Part shown: in pieces, positions 18,142-29,641 of the stretch
Numbering within the stretch: the first letter of the stretch is position 1
How the letters are laid out: each line of letters starts with the position of its first letter
Program-made: the position numbers and the translations under genes
NCBI GenBank assembly: GCA_022824265.1
Contig: JAJEAG010000059.1
Coordinates: forward strand, 8,736-72,735
Direction: 5' to 3'
DNA length: 64,000 nucleotides
From: Candidatus Poribacteria bacterium
Lineage (GTDB): Bacteria > Poribacteria > WGA-4E > WGA-3G
The notes under the pieces: model-generated
Databases searched by the model: none
What the model saw: the letters and a program-made list of their open reading frames with translations, nothing else
What the model was told of the DNA's origin: nothing

Positions 18142-21100
18142 TTATAGCCGATCATAACCATAACCGTTTCCAGTAATCTCAAAGAGTGCAGATGCAGCAA
18201 GGAAATGAATATCAGCATCTGTGTCTTCCAATACTGATTCCAGAACTTGTATAGTGCTTACGTTCTTTGCATCTGCCATTGCTCTAATCAGGTCAATTTG
18301 AAACGCGCGTTCAGTTTTATCAGCATATAACGTGGTAAGTTTTTGCACAAGTGCTGAAACAGCATCATTCGTAGCAATTTTCCCGAGTGCGCGTGCAGCA
18401 TCTCTGCGGATTTCAATATGGTTTTCATCATTGTTCATGATTTCAATAAGAGCGTCAGTTGTGGAAGCGTCTGCAAGTTCACCTAATGCTTGTGTTGCTA
18501 ACCTACGAACATCTTTATTGTTCTCATTTTCACCGTTTGCTACGAGCACAAGGTCGTTTGTCAATGCAACTGTATTTGTTTCACCAATTTTACGAGCAGT
18601 ATCCTTGCGTGTATCCACGTCTGGATCAGAAAGTGCTTCTCTGAGTTGTGAGACATCAAGGGAACGCGTGCGTCCTAAAGCGACTGAAGCTGCGTTTCTG
18701 ATAGGATTCCCTTCCCATTTGTCATCCACGCGCGCCTGCAATTTTCCCGAAATGAATTCAGGTAGATTATGTTTTTTTGCAGCCCCAACGATAATTCTCC
18801 AACTCCAATTCCGTTTTCTATCATTAAGAGCCAAATTGCGTCTGTTTGCAGCATCTTCAAGGGCAATAATATATTCCGTGTCATCAATGAGACGATTGGC
18901 AAGTGCGTTTGTCGCTTCTATACCACCAATTTGTCCTAAGGCAACAGCGGCTTTCATTCGAGGGGAAGCATTTGCTAATACAGCTGTGCTGGCATCTAAA
19001 GGAATCCGCTTATCCTCTAAGATTGGAATTAGTTTTGATACGGCTTTCGTACTTTCCAGTTTGCCAAGTGCTATGATGGCATTGTTGGAGATATTGCCTA
19101 TGCGTCCATCAACTGCACGGAGTAGAAGGTCCTCGGAAGTTTGATCACCGATATTACCCAGTGCCGTAACCGCCGCAGCACGGATAGCATCAGTCTCTAA
19201 AGGGTTCTCAACCATTTCGCTGAGTTGAATAACCGATTTCGCATCTCTTATACCTCCCAAAGCAGCGACCGCCTGTAAACGGACAGCACTGTTTTCATCA
19301 TTGAGTGCATTTCGAAGGATAGGAGCTGCGCGTTCGTCGCGAAGGGCATTCAACGAGGCAACGGCTGCAGCGCGTATAGATTTCGATTCTTCTCTGTTTT
19401 CCAGAATTGCTATTAAAGGTTCTACTGTCTTTCTATCTTTGAAGCCTCCAAGCCGAGTAACAACTTCCTTGCGAATAACATAACTCGGATTATTCAATTC
19501 AGCAAGCATCGTATCCAATGCTGAACTGTGGTGAATGACACCAAGCATATAAATGATTGCCCAATGAGTCCATTCATCATCAACAGTTTTGAGGGCATCA
19601 AGTAGAAATTCTGTTGTCGTTGCATTTCCGTTTATTAGGAGTGCACCGATTACCTCGTTTTGAACAGATTGAACTTCATGACCATCTTCAAAGTTGCCTC
19701 GTCCCTTTTTAACAATTTCAACGAGTGCTTTGTCAGCAAGTGTTGGACTAATTTCTCTTAGTGCCTTAGTCGCTTCAAGACGTGCTGTTTCATACTTATC
19801 AGTCTTGATTATATCAATTAATGGTTCAACGCTTTTAGCAGATTTAATTGTTCCTAACGCAATGGCTGCTTCTTGACGGACAACCCCCTGTTTTTCCTTC
19901 TTTAGAGCAGTAATAAGCGCATCAACTGCTACGTCACCACCAACCCTACCGAGTGCCCATGCGGCACTACGTCGTACTGTTGCACGTTGATCATCAACCA
20001 ATGCATTCGTTAGTGGTTCAACGACGGTATCACCTTTGAAAATACCGAGTGCGCGTGCAGCTTCACTACGAACAAGACTGGGTATGGGTTTGAGTTCACC
20101 CCAAATCCGATAGTATGGACGCCGATATTCTGTTGTCCATTCGATATTCAGAGAATCAAGATGTGATCTAAGTGCATCAAGTGTCTTATACTTCCGTTTC
20201 ATGTGACGCTGAAAATCGGATATCTCATCGAATTGCATGGACAATACCCAAAGTAAGACGGGAAGTGTTTCTGTGTCTTTAATACGGCTTAGAACCTTTA
20301 CAGCGTTTGATCGGATCACAGCACTTGTTTCATCACTAAGTATGAGCAATAGCATCGGTTGTATAGCCTCTGTCGGTTTCATTTGCCACAAGGCGTTGAT
20401 AGCAGCGGATCTGACCGTTTCCCGTCGCAGCTTATCCATTGAAATCGCAATCAATTTCTCAACATTTTCTTTAGTAGTGACATTTATTTTACTGAGTGCT
20501 TCCGCTGCCTGTGTAACTGTCGTATCATCAAGTTGGAGTGCTACAGTAAGTGCAGTGACAGCAGTATTGTTAGGACCGCGTGCACGCATGTTACCAAGCC
20601 CTTTAGCTGCAATAGCTTTCACCTCTTTGTTGGCATCACCAGTCAAGATGTTAATGAATGGTTGTATTGCGCGTCTATCCCCAATTGTACTCAAAGCATT
20701 TGCAGATTCTAATTGAACAAGATATTCACCCGTTTGCAGCGCGTCTATAAGTGCTGGTACCGCTGCTCCTCGCATTGTAATTAGCGCGGTAAGTGCTGCA
20801 CCCTTTAGGTCTTCGTCTGCCAATAGTTGAATTATAGAAACAACTGCTTCTTCCGCCCTGATTATACCCAGAGTACTAATCGCAGCAGATTGTACTCGCA
20901 AACGGTATTTTTTCATCCAAGAATCGTCAATAAACGCACTCGCTATATATTGATATTGTTCTGAAAAACCGTTATCTACATCTGGAATGATATTGTTTGC
21001 GCGGGTTTCAAGCACGGCTAAAAGCGGTGTGATCGCTGGTTCACCAATTCTATCCAGAGCAACTATAGCAGTGTCTTTGACGTAACCATTAGAATCGGCT

Positions 21101-22020
21101 AAAAGCTTGATTAAATCGTCAACTGCTGCTTCTGCTTGGAGTTTTCCCAGAAGTTTCGCAGCATGCATCCGAACTTGAGCATTGTTGTTTCTTGTTGCCA
21201 GCTGTAGTATTGAAACTATTTCCGGATTAAGTTGGAATTTAGGCTTACAGAGTGCTCCTACCGCAACAATCGCGCTATAGGCGGCTTCTGGTGCTTCATC
21301 TGTTTTGGATAGAATTGACTTATAGGTTGAAATCAGTTCACTGTTTTGCAGTGTTCCTAATTCTCTAATTGCTGCTTTTCTAATCTGAGGGTCTTGGTGT
21401 TGTATAGCGGATTTTAGTAGCGTAACATAATTAGAATCCACACCATCTGTTTTGTTCTTTAGTCGTTGTAATAGGTGTGAAACTGCAACGTGGACACCTT
21501 GTTGATAACATTTTTGACTTTCTAACAGCGCAACTGCAACGACTGAATCCTGTCTCTTTGCTAAGTCTGTTAACAATGTGGGTTGTTTCTCAACTGCCAT
21601 TGCGAGTGAAGTAGCAAGCAAACCTGAAATCGAGTTCCGTGATCTGATAAGTCGTTCCTGCCGGTTTAGTTCGTCAGAATCGGGGTCATCCAGTATGGTA
21701 ATTGCTCGGATATCTGTATTCAACGTTTCAAGATGTGCCAACGCTTGAACCATGGCTTGGTGCCAACTGCTTGCATCTGCACTGTTTCGTAACTGCAATA
21801 GTCGATTGAGATAAACTGCTTCCTGATTTTCTGAATCTTTATCACGGGCTTTTTGTACAGCAGATTCCGCTGCTGTATAATCCTTTTCAACAATTGCTTG
21901 TCTTGCTGAGAGGATAGTTTTGTCTTCTTTTTCTCCACACCCCACGAGAAATGAAATACACAGAATAATATGAATGCAGATTATAGAGTATCGCCTCATA
22001 ACGTATTGCCTCAACAACAT
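18142..22020 (-). CDS. HEAT-repeat (PBS-lyase-type) domain protein, 1292 aa, probable lipoprotein/secreted
   Basis: Dozens of ...VR..AA.ALG.IG...A...L...L.D.. units. N-terminal hydrophobic segment with LVGCG. The antisense ORF 18332..19144 is its low-complexity mirror. Confidence 0.8.
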   Translation of the reverse strand: MLLRQYVMRRYSIICIHIILCISFLVGCGEKEDKTILSARQAIVEKDYTAAESAVQKARDKDSENQEAVYLNRLLQLRNSADASSWHQAMVQALAHLETLNTDIRAITILDDPDSDELNRQERLIRSRNSISGLLATSLAMAVEKQPTLLTDLAKRQDSVVAVALLESQKCYQQGVHVAVSHLLQRLKNKTDGVDSNYVTLLKSAIQHQDPQIRKAAIRELGTLQNSELISTYKSILSKTDEAPEAAYSAIVAVGALCKPKFQLNPEIVSILQLATRNNNAQVRMHAAKLLGKLQAEAAVDDLIKLLADSNGYVKDTAIVALDRIGEPAITPLLAVLETRANNIIPDVDNGFSEQYQYIASAFIDDSWMKKYRLRVQSAAISTLGIIRAEEAVVSIIQLLADEDLKGAALTALITMRGAAVPALIDALQTGEYLVQLESANALSTIGDRRAIQPFINILTGDANKEVKAIAAKGLGNMRARGPNNTAVTALTVALQLDDTTVTQAAEALSKINVTTKENVEKLIAISMDKLRRETVRSAAINALWQMKPTEAIQPMLLLILSDETSAVIRSNAVKVLSRIKDTETLPVLLWVLSMQFDEISDFQRHMKRKYKTLDALRSHLDSLNIEWTTEYRRPYYRIWGELKPIPSLVRSEAARALGIFKGDTVVEPLTNALVDDQRATVRRSAAWALGRVGGDVAVDALITALKKEKQGVVRQEAAIALGTIKSAKSVEPLIDIIKTDKYETARLEATKALREISPTLADKALVEIVKKGRGNFEDGHEVQSVQNEVIGALLINGNATTTEFLLDALKTVDDEWTHWAIIYMLGVIHHSSALDTMLAELNNPSYVIRKEVVTRLGGFKDRKTVEPLIAILENREESKSIRAAAVASLNALRDERAAPILRNALNDENSAVRLQAVAALGGIRDAKSVIQLSEMVENPLETDAIRAAAVTALGNIGDQTSEDLLLRAVDGRIGNISNNAIIALGKLESTKAVSKLIPILEDKRIPLDASTAVLANASPRMKAAVALGQIGGIEATNALANRLIDDTEYIIALEDAANRRNLALNDRKRNWSWRIIVGAAKKHNLPEFISGKLQARVDDKWEGNPIRNAASVALGRTRSLDVSQLREALSDPDVDTRKDTARKIGETNTVALTNDLVLVANGENENNKDVRRLATQALGELADASTTDALIEIMNNDENHIEIRRDAARALGKIATNDAVSALVQKLTTLYADKTERAFQIDLIRAMADAKNVSTIQVLESVLEDTDADIHFLAASALFEITGNGYGYDRL

Positions 22021-22025
22021 AGTGT

Positions 22026-25000
22026 TTACTCCCCAGCAATTACCAATTTCGTCAAGTCAGCAACGACATAGACAGGTTCTGCTATACGGTTTAACAACGC
22101 CAATCGATTTCTACGTAGGTCAGTATCTTCTGCCATAACAAGTACGTCGTCAAAAAACTTGTCTATTGCAGGTTGAAGTCCTGCCAACTTTGTCAACAGT
22201 TCTGAATATGCTCTTGCCTGAATGCTTTTATCAAATTCGAGTTTTGCCTCGGTAATGACAGCATTTAGTTCTTTTTCAGCTTTATCTTTTAGCAGTGCAG
22301 CATCTACGGTTACTGGTACATCTTCAGGCAAGATTCTAAGCACCCGATTGAGTGCATTATATACCTCTTCAAAATTGTGTGTCAAGCGAAATTCAGCAAC
22401 GACACTGGCACGTTCGAGAATATCCACAATATCAACATTACCGACTGCTAAGACAGCATCTGCAAGATCAGGGGCGTATTGATGTGTCTGTAAGATACCG
22501 CGGAGACGTTCTTTAATAAAGTTTAGGACACTTGTTTCTGTATCGTCAACTAATTCTACTTCATACAGAGCAATTGCCTTCCGGACAATTGCATCTAAAG
22601 AGAGTGGCAACTGCCGATCTTGAAGGATACGGATTGTACCGAGTGCATGCCGACGCAACGAGTAAGGGTCCTGTGAACCTGTGGGACGTTCTTCTATACC
22701 GAAGTATCCAACAATCGTATCAAGTTTATCAGCGATAGCGAGGATTGCACCGATCTGAGTTTCAGGTAGAGGTGTATCCGCACCAAGTGGTTGGTAGTGT
22801 TCAGCGATAGCTGTTGCGACCTCATTGGGTTCGTCAGAGTTTTTAGCATAGTATCTGCCAGTAATTCCTTGCAGGGACGGAAATTCAATCACCATTTGGG
22901 TAGTTAAATCAGCCTTGCAGAGCCATGCTGCACGTTCTGCATGATATGTTGTTTCTTCTACCAACTTCAATTCAGCACTGATGAACTTCACCAAATCCTT
23001 TAATCGTTCTGCCTTATCTAAAAGAGAACCGAGTTTGGCGTGGAAGACGACAGCACCTAAACGTTCAACTTTATCGGTAAGACCAGTTTTCTGATCTGCA
23101 CTATAAAAGAACTCAGCATCGTTAAGCCGTGCGTGGAGCACCCGTTCATTCCCGTGCCTCACACCATCACTATTGCCATCTGTTCCATTAGATATAGTGA
23201 TGAATTTCGGAGCGAGTTCAGTATCATTCTTCCACATCGGAAAATAGCGTTGATGCTTTTTCATTGCTGTAATCAGCACTTCAGGTGGTATTTCCAGATG
23301 CGACTCACTGAAATTACCGACAATCGGTTGCGGATTCTCTACGAGATAGTTGACTGTATCCAATAGTTCTTCGTCCAATTTCGGGAGACATCCTTCGGTT
23401 TCAAAAACGGTTCGCACCTGTTTTTCAATTATATCACGTCGTTGCTTTGGACACGCGATAACATCAACTTCCTGTAATTTCTGAATATAGTTGTCCACGT
23501 CTGCGGATGCCAAAGTGATTGGATCGGGATGCAAAGATCTATGTCCATAGGTAATACGACCTGCATGTGCTGCACCGTAAGTGCAGTTGACAACTTCATC
23601 TCCGAGTAATGCAACTAACCAACGTATTGGACGGGCGAAACGGGCAAATGCGTTTGGTTCTTCAGATTCTGTTTCCCACCGCATCGTTTTCGGAAAACGG
23701 AGTGTCTCAATCCATTCGGGTAGTAGTGTTTCCAATAGTTCGTGAGTAGACACACCTTTTTCAAGTTTTGAAGCACAGATATACTCTCCCCGCTCAGTCT
23801 CAACGATACGAAGCTCGGAGATTTCAACACCTTGCGTTTTTGCGAAGCCAATCGCTGCCTTTGTGGGTTCACCGTTTTCATCGTAAGCGATGCTTTTCGG
23901 CGGTCCTGTAACTTCTGTCTCCTGACTTTCCTGCATGGTTTTGACATTCTCTATAGCAAGTGTGATACGGCGCGGTGTCCCCAATGTCTGAATTTCACCA
24001 AACGGTATTCTGTGTTCAGATAGAGAATCGGTTGCAATCTTACTAAGTTGCTCAAGAACAGGCGGCATATAACTTGCTGGGATTTCCTCTGTCCCAATTT
24101 CAAAGAGGAAGTCGGCAGTATCAGGAAGGTCTGATGTAGAGGGTTCGGTGCGGTTAGAAGCCACGTCTATTGTGGTAGAGGTATTTTCCGTGCCAAAACG
24201 TCCCATTAGAGGGTGTTCCATCTCTTCTCGTTGCGTTACATAGGCGCGAGCAATACGTTGTGCCAACCTACGCACACGTTCAATATAACTTACACGTTCC
24301 GTGACGCTGATAACACCCCGTGCATCCAGCATGTTGAAGGTATGTGAGCATCTCAAAACATGGTCAGTTGCGGGGAGAACTAAACCTGCATCTAAACATG
24401 CGTGGGTTTCTTTTTCATAAGTGCTAAACTGGTCAAAAAGCATGTCAACGTTTGCGTGTTCAAAGTTGTAGGTAGAGTATTCCACCTCACTTTGATGATG
24501 TACATCCCCATAGTTCAGGTGTTCATTCCAACGAATATCAAAAAAGGTATCAACATCCTGTAGATAAAGCGCAATACGTTCGAGTCCGTAGGTAATCTCA
24601 GCACAAATCGGGGCAAGGTCTATGCTACCCATCTGTTGAAAGTAGGTGAACTGTGTAACTTCTGCACCATTCCACCAGACTTCCCAACCAAGTCCTGATG
24701 CACCAAGGGTCGGAGATTCCCAATCATCTTCTACAAAACGTATGTCATTTTTTCGTGGAGAGATACCGAGATGATACAGACTCTCAAGGTAGAGTGGTAA
24801 TACATCCTCTGGTGCTGGTTTTAGTATGACTTGATATTGGTAGTATGCGCCAAGACGGAAGGGGTTTTCTGCGTATCTGCCATCGGTAGGTCTTCGGACA
24901 GGTTCTACATACGCTACCTTCCACGGTTCTGGACCGAGGCAACGTAAAAATGTGGCGGGGTTAAATGTGCCTGCGCCGACTTCTATATCGCATGGTTGTT

Positions 25001-25064
25001 GAATAATACATCCTTGTTCTGCCCAAAATTTCTCTAATGCTAATATTATTTCTTGTAAGGTCAT
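22026..25064 (-). CDS. glyQS: glycine--tRNA ligase, fused alpha/beta subunits
   Basis: N-terminus [37 protein letters not shown] is GlyQ. The ~700-aa C-terminal extension is GlyS-like. Confidence 0.9.
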   Translation of the reverse strand: MTLQEIILALEKFWAEQGCIIQQPCDIEVGAGTFNPATFLRCLGPEPWKVAYVEPVRRPTDGRYAENPFRLGAYYQYQVILKPAPEDVLPLYLESLYHLGISPRKNDIRFVEDDWESPTLGASGLGWEVWWNGAEVTQFTYFQQMGSIDLAPICAEITYGLERIALYLQDVDTFFDIRWNEHLNYGDVHHQSEVEYSTYNFEHANVDMLFDQFSTYEKETHACLDAGLVLPATDHVLRCSHTFNMLDARGVISVTERVSYIERVRRLAQRIARAYVTQREEMEHPLMGRFGTENTSTTIDVASNRTEPSTSDLPDTADFLFEIGTEEIPASYMPPVLEQLSKIATDSLSEHRIPFGEIQTLGTPRRITLAIENVKTMQESQETEVTGPPKSIAYDENGEPTKAAIGFAKTQGVEISELRIVETERGEYICASKLEKGVSTHELLETLLPEWIETLRFPKTMRWETESEEPNAFARFARPIRWLVALLGDEVVNCTYGAAHAGRITYGHRSLHPDPITLASADVDNYIQKLQEVDVIACPKQRRDIIEKQVRTVFETEGCLPKLDEELLDTVNYLVENPQPIVGNFSESHLEIPPEVLITAMKKHQRYFPMWKNDTELAPKFITISNGTDGNSDGVRHGNERVLHARLNDAEFFYSADQKTGLTDKVERLGAVVFHAKLGSLLDKAERLKDLVKFISAELKLVEETTYHAERAAWLCKADLTTQMVIEFPSLQGITGRYYAKNSDEPNEVATAIAEHYQPLGADTPLPETQIGAILAIADKLDTIVGYFGIEERPTGSQDPYSLRRHALGTIRILQDRQLPLSLDAIVRKAIALYEVELVDDTETSVLNFIKERLRGILQTHQYAPDLADAVLAVGNVDIVDILERASVVAEFRLTHNFEEVYNALNRVLRILPEDVPVTVDAALLKDKAEKELNAVITEAKLEFDKSIQARAYSELLTKLAGLQPAIDKFFDDVLVMAEDTDLRRNRLALLNRIAEPVYVVADLTKLVIAGE

Positions 25065-25166
25065 ATCTGTTTGTTTGCTGTCTGCTCCGTTTTCGTAAGT
25101 TGTTTCGGGTAATTATTGTAGCATAAGGAGGGTTTATTAAGCAATGGATTTCTGAACTTGATAAAG

Positions 25167-25195
25167 TTGAATAAATGTGAAAGGGTTGTTATACT
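25167..25195 (+). promoter_or_regulatory. candidate promoter (TTGAAT-17 nt-TATACT) for the 862-aa ORF
   Basis: ttgaataaatgtgaaagggttgttatact lies ~37 nt upstream of ATG 25232. Confidence 0.35.
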
Positions 25196-25231
25196 TTAAT
25201 TATATTCTTAATAATTCTAAAAGGTAACTAA

Positions 25232-27820
25232 ATGAACAATATCCGCTTTGATATTCGACTACGACCTATAAGGTTTGGATTTTTAGTTCGTCCCGATGAT
25301 TCAGAAAAGACACTTGAGATTTTTCGACTCAATACATGTCTGTGGGGAGGTATGTTCAATCCGATTATTCCGAAATTTAAAAATGTGCCTTCTTGGTTAG
25401 AAGATGAAGGGTTTCATTATGAGGATGCCAAACACCTCATCAACAGTTATTTGGATTTTTTTGAACCTGATTTTCTTGTTGAAGCAGAAGAAGGTTTAGC
25501 GGATGAATTGGGTTATGATCCGAAAAGAGTTGTAAAACTTGATAATATTCTTGAAGAACTTGGTGGAAACTATGCACATAGATATGGATTAGGTGTCTAT
25601 GGAATCTATAGGGATTTATATGCAAATACTTTTCAGTTTGAACAACGGTATAAGCATAATATTGTATTGGTAAAACCCGCTGATACGGCTTTCACACATT
25701 TGGCTGCGGCTAATTTCGGGAGTTTTCCTGTTGAAGAAAAATTTGAATATTTTGAACACTATTATATGGATATATTTCGTCCAAAACACATAGTGTTTGA
25801 TAGTGCTGCATTTTCAAGTTTGTATCACTCCAATTCCAATTATAGCACCCCTTTAACTATCGGACGCCAAGGTATCTATGTGCAATATAACGGGCCTATG
25901 TTGTCAACACTATTTATACTTAATGCAAAGGAATCAAATGACGTAGTTGATTTTTGGAATCTACGAGCAATACACAAACATGTTGTTGCGATCCCTATTC
26001 AATGGCTTGAAGAACTTGTTCCCTTCTGTAAAAGATTCATAAGTGAAAATCACCTTCGTCTACCCGAAGATCCAAGTCCGAATATAGTTGGTCCCGTTAT
26101 AATGTTTTCACAATCTCTGTCTGAGACTAATATAGAAGAAATTATTGAAAAAAATCTTCTTATTGACGAAGAAGATATTTGCTCAGTAAGAAAATGGGGT
26201 CCAATAGTCTGGTATAAGTATTCAAGGAGACATACTTTTCCTGATATTAAGAATTTAGGGATAGATGAAAATACCCCTGAATATCGACAATTCATGTATA
26301 GAGCATCAGCAAAGTTTCCTAGTCCTACCCGTCCGATCTTGGTGGCGGATAGGAAAATTATGAACATACAAGTTGATAATGACAAACCTGAAATTCGATT
26401 TGATACGATCATTCCAAATTTTGCTAATGTATATTATAACCTATATCGCGTAGCAAATGTTGTCAGATTACAAGATTGGAGTAATGCTCCCCAGTATGTT
26501 AGATTGCGGTATAGAAGTGAATACGATCAAATCGCAACAGTTTTTCCATGTAACTATAAAAATCCTTCTGTTCCGAAATTCCAACCTAATGCTGAACAGG
26601 AATGGGAATTTCTTTTGCCCACTACAGAAGGGTTCGTCATTTTTCCTTCTGATGAACAAATGTATGAACAGTGGGATTTAATGGATGGAACAACTGCATT
26701 CAACCAGTGGTTCAACGACAACCAAATTCCTGCTATCCGTTCTGATGGGGGTAGAACAACGGAACAGATAATTCAAACACTGGAAAGTTTAAAGCGAGGT
26801 GTTAGCTATTTAGCAAATCAAAATATTATTAAATTACTCAATGAAATGGCAAACAGTGCTACCAAAACTGCTCATTATAAAGAATTTGAAAATAAGATTA
26901 ATAATGCGATCACTTACGAAAAACGTAAAAAGCAAACATTTGATAAATTAGTCAAGCATGGTGCAGTAGAACTTGGGTATGAACTTAAGTGTAACAAATG
27001 CAACAGTAAGAATTGGTATTCGGTAAAAGAACTTGATTACGTACTCACTTGTGATCTGTGTCAAAAACAGTTTAACTTTCCTATTACTACTCCTTTAAGT
27101 GAACATTCCAGATGGGCATATCGCGTAGTAGGTCCTTTTGCTCTTCCCGATTACGCCATTGGTGGATATGCTGCATCACTTGCTATTCGTTTCTTTGCAG
27201 ATATTATAGGTGGATATGATAAGGCGGAGATTACTTGGTCGACAGGTCAACAACTTGATTTGCCATCAAGTGAAAAGGTTGAGAGCGATTTTATGTTATG
27301 GTATCGTCGTAAAGAAATTTGGCCCGTAGAAAGAACTTTTTTTGCGTCTGGTCTACCAAATTTTGGCATAGAAAAACAAACCGAAACATTGTTCGGTGAA
27401 GCCAAGAGTTTTGGAAAACCTGGTGAGGATGTTTTCAAACAAGACGATATTGATAAAATGAAATTATTGGCTGAGGCGTTTCCATGTTCTATATTTGTGT
27501 TTGCCACAATGAGAGATGCGACAGATCTAACAAAAGGAGAAATTGAACACATCAGGAAATTAGCTGAATGGGGGCGGGAATATGATAACGAAAGAAAACA
27601 AACACGCGCACCAATTATAATGCTTACAGGAACAGAACTTTTCACAACAGGTTCTTTAAGGAGTTCGTGGGAAGAAAAAGGTGGACAACATAGGAAATTG
27701 AGTGACCGAACTTCGTTAGGAATCCCCGATCTGAGAATATTGGCAGATATTACACAGTTTTTATATTTGGGAATGCAGCCTCACGGTTCAAGAGTAAGAG
27801 AAATTATAGATTCAATTTGA
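25232..27820 (+). CDS. large hypothetical protein (862 aa) with an internal Cys4 zinc ribbon; AT-rich relative to flanks
   Basis: Clean 2.6-kb ORF. CNKCNS...(17 aa)...CDLCQ ribbon. No motif I can assign. Visibly lower GC than the flanking glyQS and sulfatase genes. Confidence 0.7.
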   Translation: MNNIRFDIRLRPIRFGFLVRPDDSEKTLEIFRLNTCLWGGMFNPIIPKFKNVPSWLEDEGFHYEDAKHLINSYLDFFEPDFLVEAEEGLADELGYDPKRVVKLDNILEELGGNYAHRYGLGVYGIYRDLYANTFQFEQRYKHNIVLVKPADTAFTHLAAANFGSFPVEEKFEYFEHYYMDIFRPKHIVFDSAAFSSLYHSNSNYSTPLTIGRQGIYVQYNGPMLSTLFILNAKESNDVVDFWNLRAIHKHVVAIPIQWLEELVPFCKRFISENHLRLPEDPSPNIVGPVIMFSQSLSETNIEEIIEKNLLIDEEDICSVRKWGPIVWYKYSRRHTFPDIKNLGIDENTPEYRQFMYRASAKFPSPTRPILVADRKIMNIQVDNDKPEIRFDTIIPNFANVYYNLYRVANVVRLQDWSNAPQYVRLRYRSEYDQIATVFPCNYKNPSVPKFQPNAEQEWEFLLPTTEGFVIFPSDEQMYEQWDLMDGTTAFNQWFNDNQIPAIRSDGGRTTEQIIQTLESLKRGVSYLANQNIIKLLNEMANSATKTAHYKEFENKINNAITYEKRKKQTFDKLVKHGAVELGYELKCNKCNSKNWYSVKELDYVLTCDLCQKQFNFPITTPLSEHSRWAYRVVGPFALPDYAIGGYAASLAIRFFADIIGGYDKAEITWSTGQQLDLPSSEKVESDFMLWYRRKEIWPVERTFFASGLPNFGIEKQTETLFGEAKSFGKPGEDVFKQDDIDKMKLLAEAFPCSIFVFATMRDATDLTKGEIEHIRKLAEWGREYDNERKQTRAPIIMLTGTELFTTGSLRSSWEEKGGQHRKLSDRTSLGIPDLRILADITQFLYLGMQPHGSRVREIIDSI

Positions 27821-27865
27821 GATAAAAATTATCAACGCAATTGAGATTAAACAAAATACACCTCA

Positions 27866-28090
27866 TTACAGTAGGTAATGCATTCCCTCTGGTAGTTCAC
27901 CAGTATAATGTATCGCTGCGCCACCTTCATAATGTCCAGAAGCTTCATAAACATCGTCCCGAGATTTACTATGGACGGCAACAATTCCTGATAACAACTC
28001 GGTATTTTCACTGATTTCACAATCAATAATAAACAACCACTGATCGGGGTATTTCTCAGTCATTTCTTCAAGCGTCATACGTTCCTTTTC
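27866..28090 (-). CDS. small hypothetical protein (74 aa)
   Basis: SD gtaggagaaatataATG at 28090; convergent with the 862-aa gene. The track ORF is extended upstream to 28162. Confidence 0.4.
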   Translation of the reverse strand, partial: EKERMTLEEMTEKYPDQWLFIIDCEISENTELLSGIVAVHSKSRDDVYEASGHYEGGAAIHYTGELPEGMHYLL

Positions 28091-28163
28091 CATTATATTT
28101 CTCCTACGCGTAACGGCATCGTCAGATATGGTATTATACCTAATTATAGTGACTATTGTCAAA

Positions 28164-29564
28164 TCATTTCAATAATGACCAATCAGGTTCGTCTTCAGGA
28201 TCGCCAAGAGGTCCGTGGGCGTTACGGACGATGCGACGTTGTGCGTCATACCAATCCGTATAGCTTGTGGCAGGTTGGAGTTTATCGTTACGAGCATCCA
28301 TCAGGTTTAGGAGGGTGGTTTCCATCTCATCTGCTAAAGATTGTGCTTCAGAGTTGTCAATCAGGTTGTTCATCTGCAGCGGATCTGATCCAATGTCGTG
28401 CAGCATCCGTTTACCGTTAAGCCATCGTGCATAGCTATGGGTTTTTGTGCGAACACCTCGCCATTCGTTACCATCAACAAGGTAATCGTAGGTTGACCCA
28501 AAGTTCATCGTCAGAACAGCATCTTGTTCATAAGCATCCGTTTCACCACGCCAAGATGCAGACAAATCGTAACCTTCCACTGTGCGAGGTGTCGGAATTC
28601 CGCATAAACCGCAGAGAGAGGGAAATAGGTCTACAGGTGATGTGAGGGTGTCACAGGTTCCATTATCTTCAAAAACACCGGGTAACCGCATGATGAGTGG
28701 TACTTTGATCGATTCCTCGTAAGGTTCTCGCTTTGCCCAGAAATTGAGATTCTGTGCACCACCTTGCGTACCGTGATCAGAACCAAAGACGAGTAATGTG
28801 TTATCCACACGACCCGTTTTTTCAAGATATGCCATCAACTCTCCGAGCATATCGTCTACTGCTAAAATCATAGCAAGATAGTGTCTGTAAGCATTTAACG
28901 AACGTTCTCGTTGGTTGTCTGAAACGTTCTCAGGTAGATGGAGTTCAGCGGGTAGGCGTTCATAGTATTCTTGTGGTGCATATTCGTAGGGTGTCCCGTG
29001 TGCTTGATGTGGAGAGATAAACAGACAGAACGGGGTATCCTTACCTATATCATCCATAAATTGAAATGCGTATCGGTTGAGTGCATCTGTCTCGTATCCT
29101 TCCCATCTTTCGTTCCGCCAATTGTCAAGGTTTACAGTACCATTGAAATAGTCGGTGTGGAAGTTGTAGCCACGCCAATGTTGAAATCCGAGACGGTCAC
29201 GACCTTCAGGGACATAATCGCGTCCACCGATTTCTGGGAATGAACCTGTGTGGAGATGCCATTTACCGACCCATGCTGTGCGATAACCGTTACGATTGAA
29301 AACGTCACCGAGTCCAATTTCATCGTGACGTGTCTTTACGAAATTTATGAGATGACCGGTTGTCTGCGGGTGTCGTCCCGTGAGTAGCATGGAACGGTAG
29401 GGGGTACAGACAGGTGCAGTAGCAATTGCGTTTGAGAAAACGGTGCCTTCTTGTGCGAGTCTATCTATATGTGGTGTTTCAATCTGCTTTTCACCGTATA
29501 CTGGTAATGAGCAGGCACGAATTTGATCTGATAGGAGATATACGATGTTCGGTTTGTTTGTCAT
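28164..29564 (-). CDS. sulfatase (formylglycine-dependent)
   Basis: MTNKPNIVYLLSDQ and the CTPYRSMLLTGRHP C-x-P-x-R signature. The start may instead be the upstream ATG at 29603. Confidence 0.85.
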   Translation of the reverse strand: MTNKPNIVYLLSDQIRACSLPVYGEKQIETPHIDRLAQEGTVFSNAIATAPVCTPYRSMLLTGRHPQTTGHLINFVKTRHDEIGLGDVFNRNGYRTAWVGKWHLHTGSFPEIGGRDYVPEGRDRLGFQHWRGYNFHTDYFNGTVNLDNWRNERWEGYETDALNRYAFQFMDDIGKDTPFCLFISPHQAHGTPYEYAPQEYYERLPAELHLPENVSDNQRERSLNAYRHYLAMILAVDDMLGELMAYLEKTGRVDNTLLVFGSDHGTQGGAQNLNFWAKREPYEESIKVPLIMRLPGVFEDNGTCDTLTSPVDLFPSLCGLCGIPTPRTVEGYDLSASWRGETDAYEQDAVLTMNFGSTYDYLVDGNEWRGVRTKTHSYARWLNGKRMLHDIGSDPLQMNNLIDNSEAQSLADEMETTLLNLMDARNDKLQPATSYTDWYDAQRRIVRNAHGPLGDPEDEPDWSLLK

Positions 29565-29641
29565 GATTATTAGATTGTAATGTATGGGATTTAAAATGCC
29601 CATCCCATGAGAAATAACTATTTGTCATAGTTGATCAAATT

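Noticed and set aside
18332-19144. 270-aa antisense ORF (S/A/R-rich) inside the HEAT-repeat gene
   Set aside because: Low-complexity mirror translation of an Ala/Leu-rich repeat gene; this is a typical antisense artefact.
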